Positions 36,115 through 48,536 of a stretch of DNA of 64,000 nt are shown one piece after another. The DNA is taken from the NCBI GenBank assembly GCA_964349465.1, contig CAYGGC010000006.1:1218-65217 (forward strand), in the 5' to 3' direction. A program made the translations under genes and the position numbers. Source of the stretch: an uncultured Gammaproteobacteria bacterium (lineage in GTDB: Bacteria > Patescibacteriota > Patescibacteriia > SBBC01 > CAIJZX01). Below the pieces are notes generated by a model. That model made no database searches and was not told the origin of the DNA. It was given only the letters and a program-made list of their open reading frames with translations. Position 1 is the stretch's first letter, and each line of letters begins with the position of its first letter.

Positions 36115-37926
36115 TTATAGCTGTTCGCGAAGAAGGTGGGCTTTCTTTGCTCCAATTGTTGAGCGTAACTCGTCATCCGACGCGGCCCGAATGTTTTCAA
36201 TCGTTCGGAAAGTACGAAGAAGTTTTTGACGGGCGTCGGCCCCTAAGCCGGAAATGTCGTCTAAGATTGAGCGCGTCGTTTCGGCGCGGTGTTTTTTGCG
36301 GTAGAAGCCGATCGCAAACCGATGCGCCTCGTCCCGGATCCGTTGCAGTAAAAAGAGTTCTTGCGATCCGGCGGGAAATCGTAGAGGCGTTTTTTTATTT
36401 GGTAGAAACAACTCCTCATGTTCTTTTGCGAGCGCGGCGAGTTGGACGTTCTCAGCCAATCCCGGCACCTGTTTGATGACCGTCGAGAGCTGTCCTTTAC
36501 CGCCGTCGAGAATAAGGAGATCGGGGAGCGGCCAAGCATCTTTTTCCTGAGCAGCGATACGTGATTCAGCATCGATCACAACATCTTCGTCCGCTCCTCC
36601 TCGACGAGCAAAGCGGCGACGCAGGACTTCGGCGAGACGGTGTTGGTCGTCGGGAATCTTCGTATCGCGAATCGTGAATTTACGATAGTCAGATTTTTTT
36701 GGTATACCATTTTCAAAAACAACCATGGATCCGACGACGTTCGTGCTTTGGTTATGAGAAATATCGTACATCTCGATGCGTTTTGGCGGTTCGGTGAGAT
36801 TCAGGGCACGGGCTAACTCAGCGAGGGCGAGTGTCGCCTTGGCTTCTTCGGATAGCCAACGGTCGCGTTCGCGTTGCAAATAATCTTCGGCGTTAGCGGT
36901 GCCCATCGTGACGAGTTTCTTTTTGAGACCGCGTTGAGCTTGATGCAAGCGAAGTTGCAAGGCCTGGCCAAGGTCGTTCGGGAGCGCGACCGGCGCGTAC
37001 ACATCGGTCGGGTGATTGGTCGACTGACTGTAATATTGCTCGACGAAGGCAGTCAGCACTTCGGCATCAGTTCGGCCTTGGACATGCTGCAGCATGAATT
37101 GATCGCGCTGCACGAGTTTACCCTGGCGAACCTGGAAAAGATTGACGGTGGCGAGCGTTGCAATCCGGGCGAGCGCTAGGACATCAAAGTTTTCACGCTT
37201 GGTGGTGATCACCGTTTGTTGTTCGAGGATATGATCGAAGGCTTGCAGTCGATCGCGTACTATTGCAGCTGTTTCAAAATCACGTTTTTTCGCGGCGGTC
37301 TGCATATCTTTCTTCATCTGCTTCAACAGGTCGCCCGTCTCACCTTCAAGAAAGCGGATAAGTTTTTTTATCACCACCAGATAGCGCTCGTGGCTGCCCG
37401 GACCAGTGTCGTGGCCTAAACATCGCCCAAGCTGAAAATCAAAACAGGGGACGTCTGGTTTGTTATTGCAGGTTTTGAATGGGAATAGTTTTTTTAGGAG
37501 CTTGAGCGTTCGTCGAACCGCAAGACCTGATGTGTAGGGTCCAAAATATCGCGCCCCATCGAGCGAAATACGTCGAACGGTGCTAACTTGGGGCCAGTCC
37601 GTCCCGAGCGCGATTTTAATGTATTGAAAAAACTTATCGTCTTTCAGGAGGACGTTATACTTTGGTCGATATTTTTTTATCAGTGTTGACTCAAGGAGCA
37701 ATGCTTCCGTTTCGGTCTTGACCAGGATATGTTCGATCCGTCGAATCTCGGACAGCATGATGACTTTGGCGGGGGAGAGGCTGTGGGATTTTTGGAAGTA
37801 TGACGAAACGCGAGAACGGAGGTTTTTTGCCTTGCCAACGTAAATTATTTCGTCGTTATCCGTGTGGTAGAGATAGACGCCGGGATTTTTCGGAAGTGAC
37901 CTTGCAATCGGGAGAAACTCATTCAT
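36115..37926 (-). CDS. uvrC: excinuclease ABC subunit C
   Basis: GIY-YIG domain (PGVYLYHTDNDEIIYVGKAKNLRSR), a UvrBC domain and C-terminal HhH motifs. Confidence 0.9.
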   Translation of the reverse strand: MNEFLPIARSLPKNPGVYLYHTDNDEIIYVGKAKNLRSRVSSYFQKSHSLSPAKVIMLSEIRRIEHILVKTETEALLLESTLIKKYRPKYNVLLKDDKFFQYIKIALGTDWPQVSTVRRISLDGARYFGPYTSGLAVRRTLKLLKKLFPFKTCNNKPDVPCFDFQLGRCLGHDTGPGSHERYLVVIKKLIRFLEGETGDLLKQMKKDMQTAAKKRDFETAAIVRDRLQAFDHILEQQTVITTKRENFDVLALARIATLATVNLFQVRQGKLVQRDQFMLQHVQGRTDAEVLTAFVEQYYSQSTNHPTDVYAPVALPNDLGQALQLRLHQAQRGLKKKLVTMGTANAEDYLQRERDRWLSEEAKATLALAELARALNLTEPPKRIEMYDISHNQSTNVVGSMVVFENGIPKKSDYRKFTIRDTKIPDDQHRLAEVLRRRFARRGGADEDVVIDAESRIAAQEKDAWPLPDLLILDGGKGQLSTVIKQVPGLAENVQLAALAKEHEELFLPNKKTPLRFPAGSQELFLLQRIRDEAHRFAIGFYRKKHRAETTRSILDDISGLGADARQKLLRTFRTIENIRAASDDELRSTIGAKKAHLLREQL

Positions 37927-37960
37927 AGTGCTCAGTATATCATGTTTTTCTTGAAATATT

Positions 37961-37978
37961 TTGGCTAATATTAGCCAA
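37961..37978. promoter_or_regulatory. 18-bp perfect palindrome TTGGCTAATATTAGCCAA in the uvrC promoter region (candidate operator)
   Basis: Seen directly. It lies ~35 nt upstream of the uvrC ATG on the minus strand. Confidence 0.5.
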
Positions 37979-37995
37979 GGCAGGCTTGATAGGTC

Positions 37996-38024
37996 TTGAC
38001 TTTTTAGGACAAAGGGCGTATTCT
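37996..38024 (+). promoter_or_regulatory. sigma-70-like promoter (TTGACT-17-TATTCT)
   Basis: The -35 and -10 hexamers have ideal spacing, upstream of the 38188 gene. Confidence 0.45.
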
Positions 38025-38187
38025 AGCTGGTCTTACTGGAGGGTCGTACCCGATGTCTTCAGTCCGACAGACGGTTCTTTTACAACCTCTAGTGAAGCAA
38101 ATTTCCTGGATCGACCAGGGAAGTAGTACTGTGCGACTCCACCATTCGCCACGCACCACGACGGTGTCTGGCAAGGGAGGTACCCAC

Positions 38188-39192
38188 ATGTCCACCTCGT
38201 ATCTGCTGCCTTATGCTCCGAAGCTCGACAAGATCGCGGCCCTCTACATCCTGCTGACGTACGTCAAGCCGGAACAGCTGAGCGACGCTGCCATCGTCTT
38301 CCACACTGCGGATCAGCCGCTGCCCGAAGACTTCATCGACGTGGATGCCGTCTCCGATTACAAGTCAGCCGGCTACCGCACGGCGACGCAGCGGATCGTC
38401 GATGACGAGCCGTACAAGCATCTCAACCTCCGGTCGATTCCCGGCATGGACCACTTCGTCAGCCGGTTCGATCTGAACAACTCGAACGGGTCGCTGAAGA
38501 ACCGGTTCGCTTCGAACCTGTTCAACCTCGTCAACGATTGGCCGCGGGTCGGACATAACGTCCCGCGCCATGAGCACATGATGGAGGTGATCGAGACGGT
38601 TTTCGGGGTCTTCGATCACTACTTCGTGGCGGCGGAGTTCAACGCCGTCGCCATCAACTCGATCGAGAACCCGTTCTGCCTCTCGGGCATCAAGGAATTG
38701 GAGTTCGTGACCAACCAGGTCTTCGTCGAGCAGGTCTGCGACGAGATCGAGCACCTGCTCGCTCGGACCAGCAAGGCTGATGGCCAGACCCGCAAGCGGG
38801 CCGAAGCGATCAAGCCGGAACTGGTCTTCGAGGTTCCGACGAAGGGTGACCAGATGGTCGGCGGCGCGGTCTACCGGACCGACGATCGTCGGATGTCCCG
38901 GCACCTGTTCGATCTTCATCCGGAGACCCACGTCTTCGTGATGAAGCACCGGACCGGCAACGCGGTCATCATGACGCGGGGTCAGCAGAACCTCACCGCG
39001 CTCGCGCAGAAGCTCAATGAGCTCGAGCCGGGCCTCTGGCACCACGAGACGCGGTACAAGTCGCCGTTCCTCGCGAACGGTGGCGAGACCCGCTCGGTCA
39101 CGCCGACGGCCCTCACGGCGTCGCAGCTGCGCAACCTGATCGTCGAACACTTCCGCTATGCCACCCGTTCTCAGGACATGATCGTCCGCTAG
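38188..39192 (+). CDS. degenerate DHH-like paralogue (GC3-outlier gene)
   Basis: GGAGG RBS upstream. Its N-terminal (KLDKIAALYILL) and C-terminal (NGGETRSVTPTALTASQLRNL) blocks parallel the downstream gene, but the catalytic H/DHH residues are replaced. It has extreme GC3 codon bias. Confidence 0.6.
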   Translation: MSTSYLLPYAPKLDKIAALYILLTYVKPEQLSDAAIVFHTADQPLPEDFIDVDAVSDYKSAGYRTATQRIVDDEPYKHLNLRSIPGMDHFVSRFDLNNSNGSLKNRFASNLFNLVNDWPRVGHNVPRHEHMMEVIETVFGVFDHYFVAAEFNAVAINSIENPFCLSGIKELEFVTNQVFVEQVCDEIEHLLARTSKADGQTRKRAEAIKPELVFEVPTKGDQMVGGAVYRTDDRRMSRHLFDLHPETHVFVMKHRTGNAVIMTRGQQNLTALAQKLNELEPGLWHHETRYKSPFLANGGETRSVTPTALTASQLRNLIVEHFRYATRSQDMIVR

Positions 39193-39288
39193 GAGGACTC
39201 AAGCTTAAACTAGAGGTTCAGCCCACACATGCAACACTGTGTGGGCTTCCTCTTTTTTTCAAACCGAATCAAGAGTATACTGAATCCA

Positions 39289-40377
39289 ATGGAACCAATA
39301 CCAATTTCAAAAATCATTCTCTATCCGCGACCACACGTCGATAATATTGCGGCGTTATTTTTGTTACGAGAATTTGGTTTGGCGGCCTTTCCGGGGATTG
39401 AAACCGCGGCGTTAGAATTTTGGCCGGTTGTCCCGCCCGGAAAAACGCCGGATGAATACGAAGCGGAAGGAGTATTGTTTGTCGACCTTGGTGGCGGTCG
39501 TTTTGACCATCATCACGACGAACATCAACCCAACGTTGCTAAAACGACCGCCGCCCAACTCGTGGCCGAGCACCTTGGTCTCGCCGATCAACCGGTCTTG
39601 AAACGTCTCTTGGAGTTCGTACGACGTGACGACGTTGAAGGACGGGGGATTATTTCGAAGGATCCGCTGGATCGAGCTTTTGGATTACCGGCGATCATCA
39701 TGAACCTGAATCGAAACTATCCGAAAAATCCAGAATTTGTCGTCGATCTCGTCACGCGGATTTTTCAATCCTGGTATGCCGAAGAGTATCGCCGGAAAGT
39801 GCTGATGCCGCAGGAGTGGGCCGAGTTGCAAGCGAACGGCCGAGCGCAAAAAATACACATCCCGACATCGGTTCGTCCGCTGACAGTGGTCGCAATTGAA
39901 TCAGATTCGCCGACGATGGTTGGGTTTTTACGCGCGGTCGGCGATGTCCAGGCGGACATTGTTATCCAGCGAATGTCGAGCGGCCACACGAATATTGTGA
40001 CGAAACAAGATCGCGATCGGACCATGGCGAAGCTCAACATCGGACCACTGGTGAGCGCGGTCCGTTCGGCTGAAGCGGCGAAAAAAGGATTAGCCTTGCC
40101 GGCCGATGTCGATCTCGCGAAGCCAGGACGAATTGAGGGACTAGAGGAGTGGTATTTTGATACGGCCGCAAATACACTCCAGAATGGCGGGGCCGCAAGC
40201 CAGGGCATTTCACCGACGCACTTGAGTATTTCTGAACTTGTTGAACTCTTGCCTATGGCGTTAGCCGATGCGGTTCCAGCCGAACGACCGCGGAACGATC
40301 GTCGCTCTCAAACCGGTCCTCAGGTCTTGCGTTTCTCGGATTTGCGTCGTCAGCCGCCGGTCGGACCAGCGGCATAG
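39289..40377 (+). CDS. DHH-motif phosphoesterase-family protein
   Basis: Motif I-like PHVDNIAALFLL and motif III FVDLGGGRFDHHHDEH. Its codon usage matches the host. Confidence 0.55.
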   Translation: MEPIPISKIILYPRPHVDNIAALFLLREFGLAAFPGIETAALEFWPVVPPGKTPDEYEAEGVLFVDLGGGRFDHHHDEHQPNVAKTTAAQLVAEHLGLADQPVLKRLLEFVRRDDVEGRGIISKDPLDRAFGLPAIIMNLNRNYPKNPEFVVDLVTRIFQSWYAEEYRRKVLMPQEWAELQANGRAQKIHIPTSVRPLTVVAIESDSPTMVGFLRAVGDVQADIVIQRMSSGHTNIVTKQDRDRTMAKLNIGPLVSAVRSAEAAKKGLALPADVDLAKPGRIEGLEEWYFDTAANTLQNGGAASQGISPTHLSISELVELLPMALADAVPAERPRNDRRSQTGPQVLRFSDLRRQPPVGPAA

Positions 40378-40464
40378 GCCAGGTCCAGCCGTCCCGGCTT
40401 GACCGAGGTTGACATATGGGTGTACACTGTCCCAAGCTTTTTGCGCGCTCACCCAATTTCCCTT

Positions 40465-43434
40465 ATGGCCACTCCGCGCCGTTCGAAATCCGTTTCGGTC
40501 AAGACAACGCCTACCACGAATGTGATTCGTGTCCGCGGCGCCCGTGTTCACAATTTAAAAAATATCTCGGTTGATATTCCCCGCGAGAAACTCGTCGTGC
40601 TGACCGGACTTTCCGGTTCGGGAAAATCATCGTTGGCTTTTGATACAATTTACGCGGAAGGCCAGCGCCGGTACGTCGAATCCTTATCCGCTTACGCGCG
40701 GCAGTTTTTGGGCTTAATGGATAAGCCGGATGTTGACCAGATTGACGGACTTTCTCCGGCAATTTCGATTGACCAAAAATCGACCTCGCATAACCCGCGC
40801 TCGACGGTCGGGACAGTCACCGAAATTTACGATTATTTACGTTTGTTGTACGCCCGCGTCGGTATTCCTCATTGTCCAAAATGTGGTCGGATCGTGACCA
40901 AACAATCGATTGATCAAATTGCCGATCAAATTTCAAGCCAACCCAAAGGAACTAAAATTGCCTTACTTGCGCCGGTTATTCGGGACCAAAAAGGAGAGCA
41001 TAAGCACGTCATGGCTGATGTCCGGAAGGCTGGTTTTGTTCGCCTGCGGATTGATAAGAATCTCTACTCGCTTGATGAAGCAGAGGACCTCGCGCTTGAT
41101 AAACAAAAGAAGCACTCGATCGAAATTGTCATCGATCGCTTAACGATGGGTGTTGATGATAAAGAAAAAGGGGAGCATGATCGTACGCGATTGTATGAGT
41201 CGCTTGAAACCGCGCTTGATTTGGGCGATGGGCTGGTGATTGTGACCCGCGAGGGTGCCGATGATTTGTTATTTAGTGAGCATTTTGCCTGCGCCTATGA
41301 CGGCACCAGCTTACCGCCGATCGAACCGCGCAACTTTTCCTTTAATAATCCCCACGGCGCCTGTGCCGACTGTACCGGACTCGGAACGAAGCTTGAAATT
41401 GATCCGGACCTCGTTATTCCGAACCGTCGTTTAAGCATTGCCGAGGGTGCGGTTCGCCCTTGGTCACGAACGAGTTCGAACCAAACCTGGTATTATCGTG
41501 TCTTGGAAGCGGTGGCGAAAGAACAGGGCTTCTCGTTGAACGTGCCGGTCGATAAAATGAAACCGGCTGATTTGGAAATCATTTTGAATGGCACAGGTGA
41601 CCAAACCTACGACGTCAATAATTTGTCCGGAGGTGGTAAAGTTCGAGAATTCTTTACGACGTTTGAAGGCGTCGTGCCAAATCTCTTACGCCGCTATAAG
41701 GAAACAGAATCCGACTATATGCGCGCGGAGATTGAGCGCTATATGCGAGTTTTTCCTTGCCCGGCCTGTAAAGGAAAGCGGCTTAAACCGGAAGCGTTAG
41801 CAGTTAGCGTTAGCGATAAAAACATTGCTGATGTCAGCATGATGAACATCGCGAAGGCGAGCGAATTTTTTACCGCACTCAGCGGCGATGAAAAATCAAC
41901 CGGTGTGAAAGCGCTCACAACGCGCGAGATGAAAATCGGAACGCAGATTCTCAAAGAAATTCGCGCGCGGTTAACGTTTCTCCGCAATGTCGGCCTGGAC
42001 TATTTAACACTCGATCGCGCCGCGTCGACGCTGGCGGGTGGTGAAGCTCAACGGATTCGCTTGGCAACACAGATCGGTTCCTCGTTAGTCGGCGTGATCT
42101 ATATTCTTGATGAACCGTCCATCGGGTTGCACCAGCGTGATAATGACAAGCTGATTGATACCTTGGTGAAACTGCGCGACCTCGGAAATACTGTCCTCGT
42201 GGTTGAACACGACGAGCAAACCATGTTGGCCGCCGATTATTTAATTGATATTGGCCCGGGGGCGGGGGAGCATGGTGGCCAAATTGTGTCCCAAGGTACG
42301 CCGGCTGAAGTGATGGCCGATCCGAACTCCTTAACTGGGAAATATCTGTCCGGCAAGTCGATGATTATCCCGCCGACCAGTTATCGCAAGGGGAACGGCA
42401 AGTCGATTGATATTTACGGCGCCGAAGAATTCAATTTGCAACAGGTTGACGTTTCGATTCCGCTCGGGAAGTTCGTCGCAATTACGGGCGTTTCTGGTTC
42501 CGGAAAATCGACGTTGATGACCGATATTCTCGCGCGCGCTCTGAAGCAGCATTTCTACAATGCCAAAGATTTGCCGGGGAAGCACAAAGACATCAAAGGC
42601 TTCGAACATTTAGATAAAGTCGTTGATATTGACCAAAGCCCAATCGGACGGACGCCGCGTTCAAACCCAGCGACGTACACCGGCGTTTTTACGGCGATTC
42701 GTGACCTCTTCACCCAAGTTCCCGAAGCGAAAATGCGTGGATATGGCCCAGGTCGTTTCTCTTTCAACGTGAAGGGCGGCCGGTGCGAGGTTTGCGAGGG
42801 CGATGGCGTCGTTCGGATTGAAATGCAATTTTTACCGGACGTCTATGTTGAGTGTGAAGAATGTAAGGGTCAGCGTTACAATCAACAAGCACTAGAAATC
42901 AAGTACAAAGGTAAGACGATCGCGGAAGTGTTGAACATGACCGTTGAAGAATCGATGCAATTTTTCACCCATATTCCGGTCATCCACCAAAAACTCAAAA
43001 CGCTTCATGAAGTCGGTCTCGGATATATCCATCTTGGTCAATCAGCAACGACATTGTCTGGTGGTGAAGCGCAGCGCGTGAAACTTGCCACCGAATTATC
43101 CCGCCGTGCGACTGGCCGAACTCTTTATATTCTTGATGAGCCGACGACCGGGTTGCATATTGATGACGTGAAACGCTTACTCCATGTGGTGCAGCAACTT
43201 GTTGATAAGGGCAATACTGTGTTGGTGATCGAACACAATCTTGATGTGATTAAGTCGGCCGATTGGATTATTGATCTTGGCCCTGAAGGCGGCGATGGCG
43301 GTGGAAAGATTGTGGCCAGCGGAACGCCGCGCGACGTCGCCAAAACGAAAACGCATACCGGGAAGTTTTTGGCAGAGATGTTAGCCGCTGACGCGACCAA
43401 AGAAAAAACCGCCGGGCGTAAGCGGGGCGGTTAG
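40465..43434 (+). CDS. uvrA: excinuclease ABC subunit A
   Basis: Two ABC ATPase modules ([14 protein letters not shown] and [10 protein letters not shown]) and zinc-finger Cys clusters. The start is uncertain; the longest ORF begins at 40399. Confidence 0.9.
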   Translation: MATPRRSKSVSVKTTPTTNVIRVRGARVHNLKNISVDIPREKLVVLTGLSGSGKSSLAFDTIYAEGQRRYVESLSAYARQFLGLMDKPDVDQIDGLSPAISIDQKSTSHNPRSTVGTVTEIYDYLRLLYARVGIPHCPKCGRIVTKQSIDQIADQISSQPKGTKIALLAPVIRDQKGEHKHVMADVRKAGFVRLRIDKNLYSLDEAEDLALDKQKKHSIEIVIDRLTMGVDDKEKGEHDRTRLYESLETALDLGDGLVIVTREGADDLLFSEHFACAYDGTSLPPIEPRNFSFNNPHGACADCTGLGTKLEIDPDLVIPNRRLSIAEGAVRPWSRTSSNQTWYYRVLEAVAKEQGFSLNVPVDKMKPADLEIILNGTGDQTYDVNNLSGGGKVREFFTTFEGVVPNLLRRYKETESDYMRAEIERYMRVFPCPACKGKRLKPEALAVSVSDKNIADVSMMNIAKASEFFTALSGDEKSTGVKALTTREMKIGTQILKEIRARLTFLRNVGLDYLTLDRAASTLAGGEAQRIRLATQIGSSLVGVIYILDEPSIGLHQRDNDKLIDTLVKLRDLGNTVLVVEHDEQTMLAADYLIDIGPGAGEHGGQIVSQGTPAEVMADPNSLTGKYLSGKSMIIPPTSYRKGNGKSIDIYGAEEFNLQQVDVSIPLGKFVAITGVSGSGKSTLMTDILARALKQHFYNAKDLPGKHKDIKGFEHLDKVVDIDQSPIGRTPRSNPATYTGVFTAIRDLFTQVPEAKMRGYGPGRFSFNVKGGRCEVCEGDGVVRIEMQFLPDVYVECEECKGQRYNQQALEIKYKGKTIAEVLNMTVEESMQFFTHIPVIHQKLKTLHEVGLGYIHLGQSATTLSGGEAQRVKLATELSRRATGRTLYILDEPTTGLHIDDVKRLLHVVQQLVDKGNTVLVIEHNLDVIKSADWIIDLGPEGGDGGGKIVASGTPRDVAKTKTHTGKFLAEMLAADATKEKTAGRKRGG

Positions 43435-43655
43435 GGAGATTCCGGTTTTTCGGGAACGGGGGGTGGGCGGCTGCTGACCAGCGCGCGCCGATTTTCTTCC
43501 TGAATGCGGGCGTAGATTTCCTCGCGGTGAACCTTGACGTCGGGGGGAGCCTCGATGCCGAGCTTGACCTGGCCCGAACGGACCTCGAGGACGACGATCT
43601 TCACCGCATCACCGATGCGGATATTTTCACCCAGTTTCCGAGTGATGACCAGCAT
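43431..43655 (-). CDS. csrA: carbon storage regulator CsrA
   Basis: [25 protein letters not shown]...[19 protein letters not shown], with GGAGGT upstream. Trimmed from a 138-aa ORF. Confidence 0.8.
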   Translation of the reverse strand: MLVITRKLGENIRIGDAVKIVVLEVRSGQVKLGIEAPPDVKVHREEIYARIQEENRRALVSSRPPPVPEKPESP

Positions 43656-43774
43656 GAGCGCTACCTCCGTGTGGACCCCCGTAGGGGTAGGTTGAAAGGG
43701 CGATAGTTGTGCTAAGCTATCTACCAGTACGAGAGTTTCCTGAATCGCCAACAACCTATCATTCAGCCTGCAAA

Positions 43775-44734
43775 ATGTCAAATCATGCACCTCTCCAGAC
43801 AGCCATTCTACGGACGTTAGCCTACTATGATGTTTTTTCGTATCCACTCACGATAGATGAGTTGTGGCGCTGGTTGTGGCCAGCTCCAGGTGAAAGTATC
43901 GCTGGAGCAACTCCCGACGATGTTCGGGCTCTGGTCCAGAGTGATGGATTGCGGGACCAGGTGACGCTGACTGGCGAAATGGTGACCCTGCGCGGACGGG
44001 AAGAACTAGTCACGATTCGTGAGCAGCGCTATGAAATGAATCAGAAAAAATGGAAACGGGCAGAATCCGCGGCGCGGTTTCTTGAGCTCGTCCCATTCGT
44101 GAAAATGGTCGCGGTCGCGAATACCTTAGCGATCAATAACGCCCGCTCGGAGAGCGATATTGATTTCTTTATCATTACTTCACGCCAACACATCTGGATT
44201 GCTCGTTTCCTCGTTACTGGTATAGTTTCATTATTGGGCTGGCGACGACATGGCCAAAAAATCCAAAATAGAATTTGTTTAAGTTTCTACGTGAGCAGTG
44301 ACGCCTTGAATCTTGCGCCATTACAATCCTCGTCGCCGGACACGCACTTGATGTTTTGGGCTTCACAGCTCGTCCCATTGATGGTTGACGCTGATATGTA
44401 TACAAAATATAAAGAGGCGAATGACTGGGTCACGGCGGCATTGCCAAATGCCTGGCCGGAAAAACCCCAGCGCCTCCAAACACCCAATAGCAGTCTCCGT
44501 TCGATCAAGCGCTTCTACGAAGTGTTCCTTTCGTCACCAATTGGCTTGATGATTGAAAACTGGGCGCGGACGAGGCAGCTCAAAAAAATGGAAGCAAATG
44601 TAAGCTCACGCGCGAAAGAAGGGACAACGGACGTGATCGTGTCGGAAGAGGTTCTTAAATTTCATGAGGCCGACCGACGCAAGGACTATAACGCCGCAGT
44701 GAAGGAGCGGCTTACCTCGCTTCACCTGGAATAA
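43775..44734 (+). CDS. nucleotidyltransferase-fold (Pol-beta superfamily) protein, function unknown
   Basis: [11 protein letters not shown] resembles the GS...DhD NTase motif. Confidence 0.5.
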   Translation: MSNHAPLQTAILRTLAYYDVFSYPLTIDELWRWLWPAPGESIAGATPDDVRALVQSDGLRDQVTLTGEMVTLRGREELVTIREQRYEMNQKKWKRAESAARFLELVPFVKMVAVANTLAINNARSESDIDFFIITSRQHIWIARFLVTGIVSLLGWRRHGQKIQNRICLSFYVSSDALNLAPLQSSSPDTHLMFWASQLVPLMVDADMYTKYKEANDWVTAALPNAWPEKPQRLQTPNSSLRSIKRFYEVFLSSPIGLMIENWARTRQLKKMEANVSSRAKEGTTDVIVSEEVLKFHEADRRKDYNAAVKERLTSLHLE

Positions 44735-44750
44735 AAAACCGCACAGATGA

Positions 44751-45641
44751 CTATGCGGTAATACTGACCGAGAGCTCGGGCATTGACGAAAGGTACTGAC
44801 GGAGCGCGTTGGTCCAGGGCCGGAGTTGCGGACCACGGTTGTTCTTGAGTCCGCCGTTCGGGTTGCGCAGGATCCAATTCTCCATGTCCGACTGTCGGCA
44901 AGCCTCGACCCGACCAGCCAGCCCAGCTGCTTCGAGAATTGCCCTGGTCATTTCTAGACGGGAGACGGGCGGACCGTTGACGGCGTGGTACGTGCCTTCA
45001 GCGGTCGGATCCTCGATCAGCTCGCCGGCCGCGTAGGCGACGTCCGGGGCGTAGCACGGGCAAGCGACATAATCCGTGAGCGCCGTGATGAGGTTACCGG
45101 CTACGGCCTGAGTGACGACGTCGCGGACGAAGTTCTGCCGCGTCGGGTGGTCTCCGAATAGCCACGACGTCCGAATGATCATCGATCTCGAGTAGCGCCG
45201 GAGGAACGTCTCGGCGTCGGCCTTTGTGCGTCCGTAGACCTGCGTCGTCCGAAACACGCCGTCGAGATCATCGCCTTCATGGTGCTGGTAGAACGACGAG
45301 GTCCGATCGTCCATGAAGACCTGATCGGAGCTGAAGTAGACGAAGCGCCCGTTGACCCGTGAGCAGAGGTTCGCGAGCAGGAATGGGACGACGACGTTGA
45401 GGTGCTCGGCCGTGCCGGGGTTGAGGTCGCACTTGGCGATCTCGGTGTACCCCGCGGCATAGACCACGACGCCGTCCGGATGGCGGGCGAGCCAGGGTCC
45501 GACGAAGTTGTTGACCCGCGACAGATCGAAGAGGTTGACGTCATTCCGTCGGGGCGCGCAGATCTCCCATCCGCGATTACCAAACTCGCGCAGGAGATGC
45601 GAACCAAGGAGACCGGTGCTGCCGAACAAGAGAATCTTCAT
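44751..45641 (-). CDS. dTDP-4-dehydrorhamnose reductase-like NAD(P)-dependent SDR (GC3-outlier gene)
   Basis: Rossmann motif MKILLFGSTGLLG and a YxxxK-type catalytic region, with GGAGGA upstream. GC is very high. Confidence 0.65.
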   Translation of the reverse strand: MKILLFGSTGLLGSHLLREFGNRGWEICAPRRNDVNLFDLSRVNNFVGPWLARHPDGVVVYAAGYTEIAKCDLNPGTAEHLNVVVPFLLANLCSRVNGRFVYFSSDQVFMDDRTSSFYQHHEGDDLDGVFRTTQVYGRTKADAETFLRRYSRSMIIRTSWLFGDHPTRQNFVRDVVTQAVAGNLITALTDYVACPCYAPDVAYAAGELIEDPTAEGTYHAVNGPPVSRLEMTRAILEAAGLAGRVEACRQSDMENWILRNPNGGLKNNRGPQLRPWTNALRQYLSSMPELSVSITA

Positions 45642-45751
45642 ACTTCCTCCACATGGAGTAGGGTGGTGGGGACGTAAAAAGGGCGGAAAACGTAGACGGA
45701 CCCTACGGAAAATATAGGCGATTGTCAATGGGCTAAGGATAATCTTGACCA

Positions 45752-45778
45752 TTAGCACTCTCTGGTATAGACTGCTAA
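45752..45778 (+). promoter_or_regulatory. CIRCE operator (TTAGCACTC-N9-GACTGCTAA) overlapping a TTGACC/TATAGA promoter upstream of groES
   Basis: It differs from the CIRCE consensus TTAGCACTC-N9-GAGTGCTAA at one position, and sits in the classical spot ahead of groES-groEL. Confidence 0.7.
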
Positions 45779-45834
45779 CTGTCCACAGGAGTGTGGAAAA
45801 AAATCAGTTATCTATTCAGTAATCATAGCCAGCT

Positions 45835-47786
<1,952 letters not shown>

Positions 47787-47807
47787 GTATTAAAAAGTAC
47801 TTGTTCT

Positions 47808-47846
47808 ACCAGCGCCCCGCCATTCGGCGGGGCGCTGGTTTTATAT
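47808..47846 (+). terminator. rho-independent terminator after groEL
   Basis: A 14-bp GC-rich stem (ACCAGCGCCCCGCC/GGCGGGGCGCTGGT) followed by TTTTAT. Confidence 0.6.
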
Positions 47847-47875
47847 AAAGAAAAAACTCTGAAGCGTGTTCAGAG

Positions 47876-48409
47876 TTAGTCGTTGAGCGGGGCACTCATC
47901 GAGCGGAGATATCCGCGGGCGCCGAGGGAGGTCTTGAAGGTTTCGTTGCGTCGTAGGTCGCGACGAAACCCCAGGTCGAGGCAAACGCGGCGCAATTCTC
48001 GGTCTTGGGAAGGAAATTGCAGAAGCGCGTCCCATATCCACAGGTGTTCGGAAGCGGTTCGTTCTTTCCGCAGTCGCGTGAGGAGTGTTTCTACCAGCAG
48101 CAGCCGGAGTCCCGGCACCTCGAGTGATGGCAGAAAGCCCAGGTAGACCGGAAGTTCCGGGTCTGGGTGCTCAGCGTGAGCCCAGTTCCAGCCGGCGATG
48201 CCAAGGACCGTGCCTTGCTCGTCGCTGATGAGCAGGAGACGGGCCTGACGCTCGATCTCTTCTTCGATGTAGGCCAGGACGATGTCCCGATCCTTGAGGT
48301 CGTAAATCTCGCAGAGGGCGACAACCACGACGTCGAGATTGTCATGGTGCTTCATCATCCATTGGGCAAGCGTCATGATCGCGTACGTCGGCTGTTGCGT
48401 GCTTGGCAT
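47876..48409 (-). CDS. hypothetical protein (GC3-outlier gene)
   Basis: Trimmed to MPSTQQ. It is strongly GC3-biased and has no recognisable motif. Confidence 0.45.
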   Translation of the reverse strand: MPSTQQPTYAIMTLAQWMMKHHDNLDVVVVALCEIYDLKDRDIVLAYIEEEIERQARLLLISDEQGTVLGIAGWNWAHAEHPDPELPVYLGFLPSLEVPGLRLLLVETLLTRLRKERTASEHLWIWDALLQFPSQDRELRRVCLDLGFRRDLRRNETFKTSLGARGYLRSMSAPLND

Positions 48410-48536
48410 CTCGCGCTCCTTGGAGATGGGTGAAATGGCTCGTCTATGAAAAGGACGTTGGCTTACCTTATCGATCGTCGCTGAAAAAGTCAATTCTTCA
48501 CTTGAAAAAGGTACAAAAATATGCTATACTCATCTT

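Noticed and set aside
38365-39150. 261-aa minus-strand ORF inside the GC3-outlier gene.
   Set aside because: It is an antisense artefact of extreme GC3 bias, with an Arg/Leu/Val-rich product and no RBS. The plus-strand gene has the RBS, the promoter and the paralogue homology.
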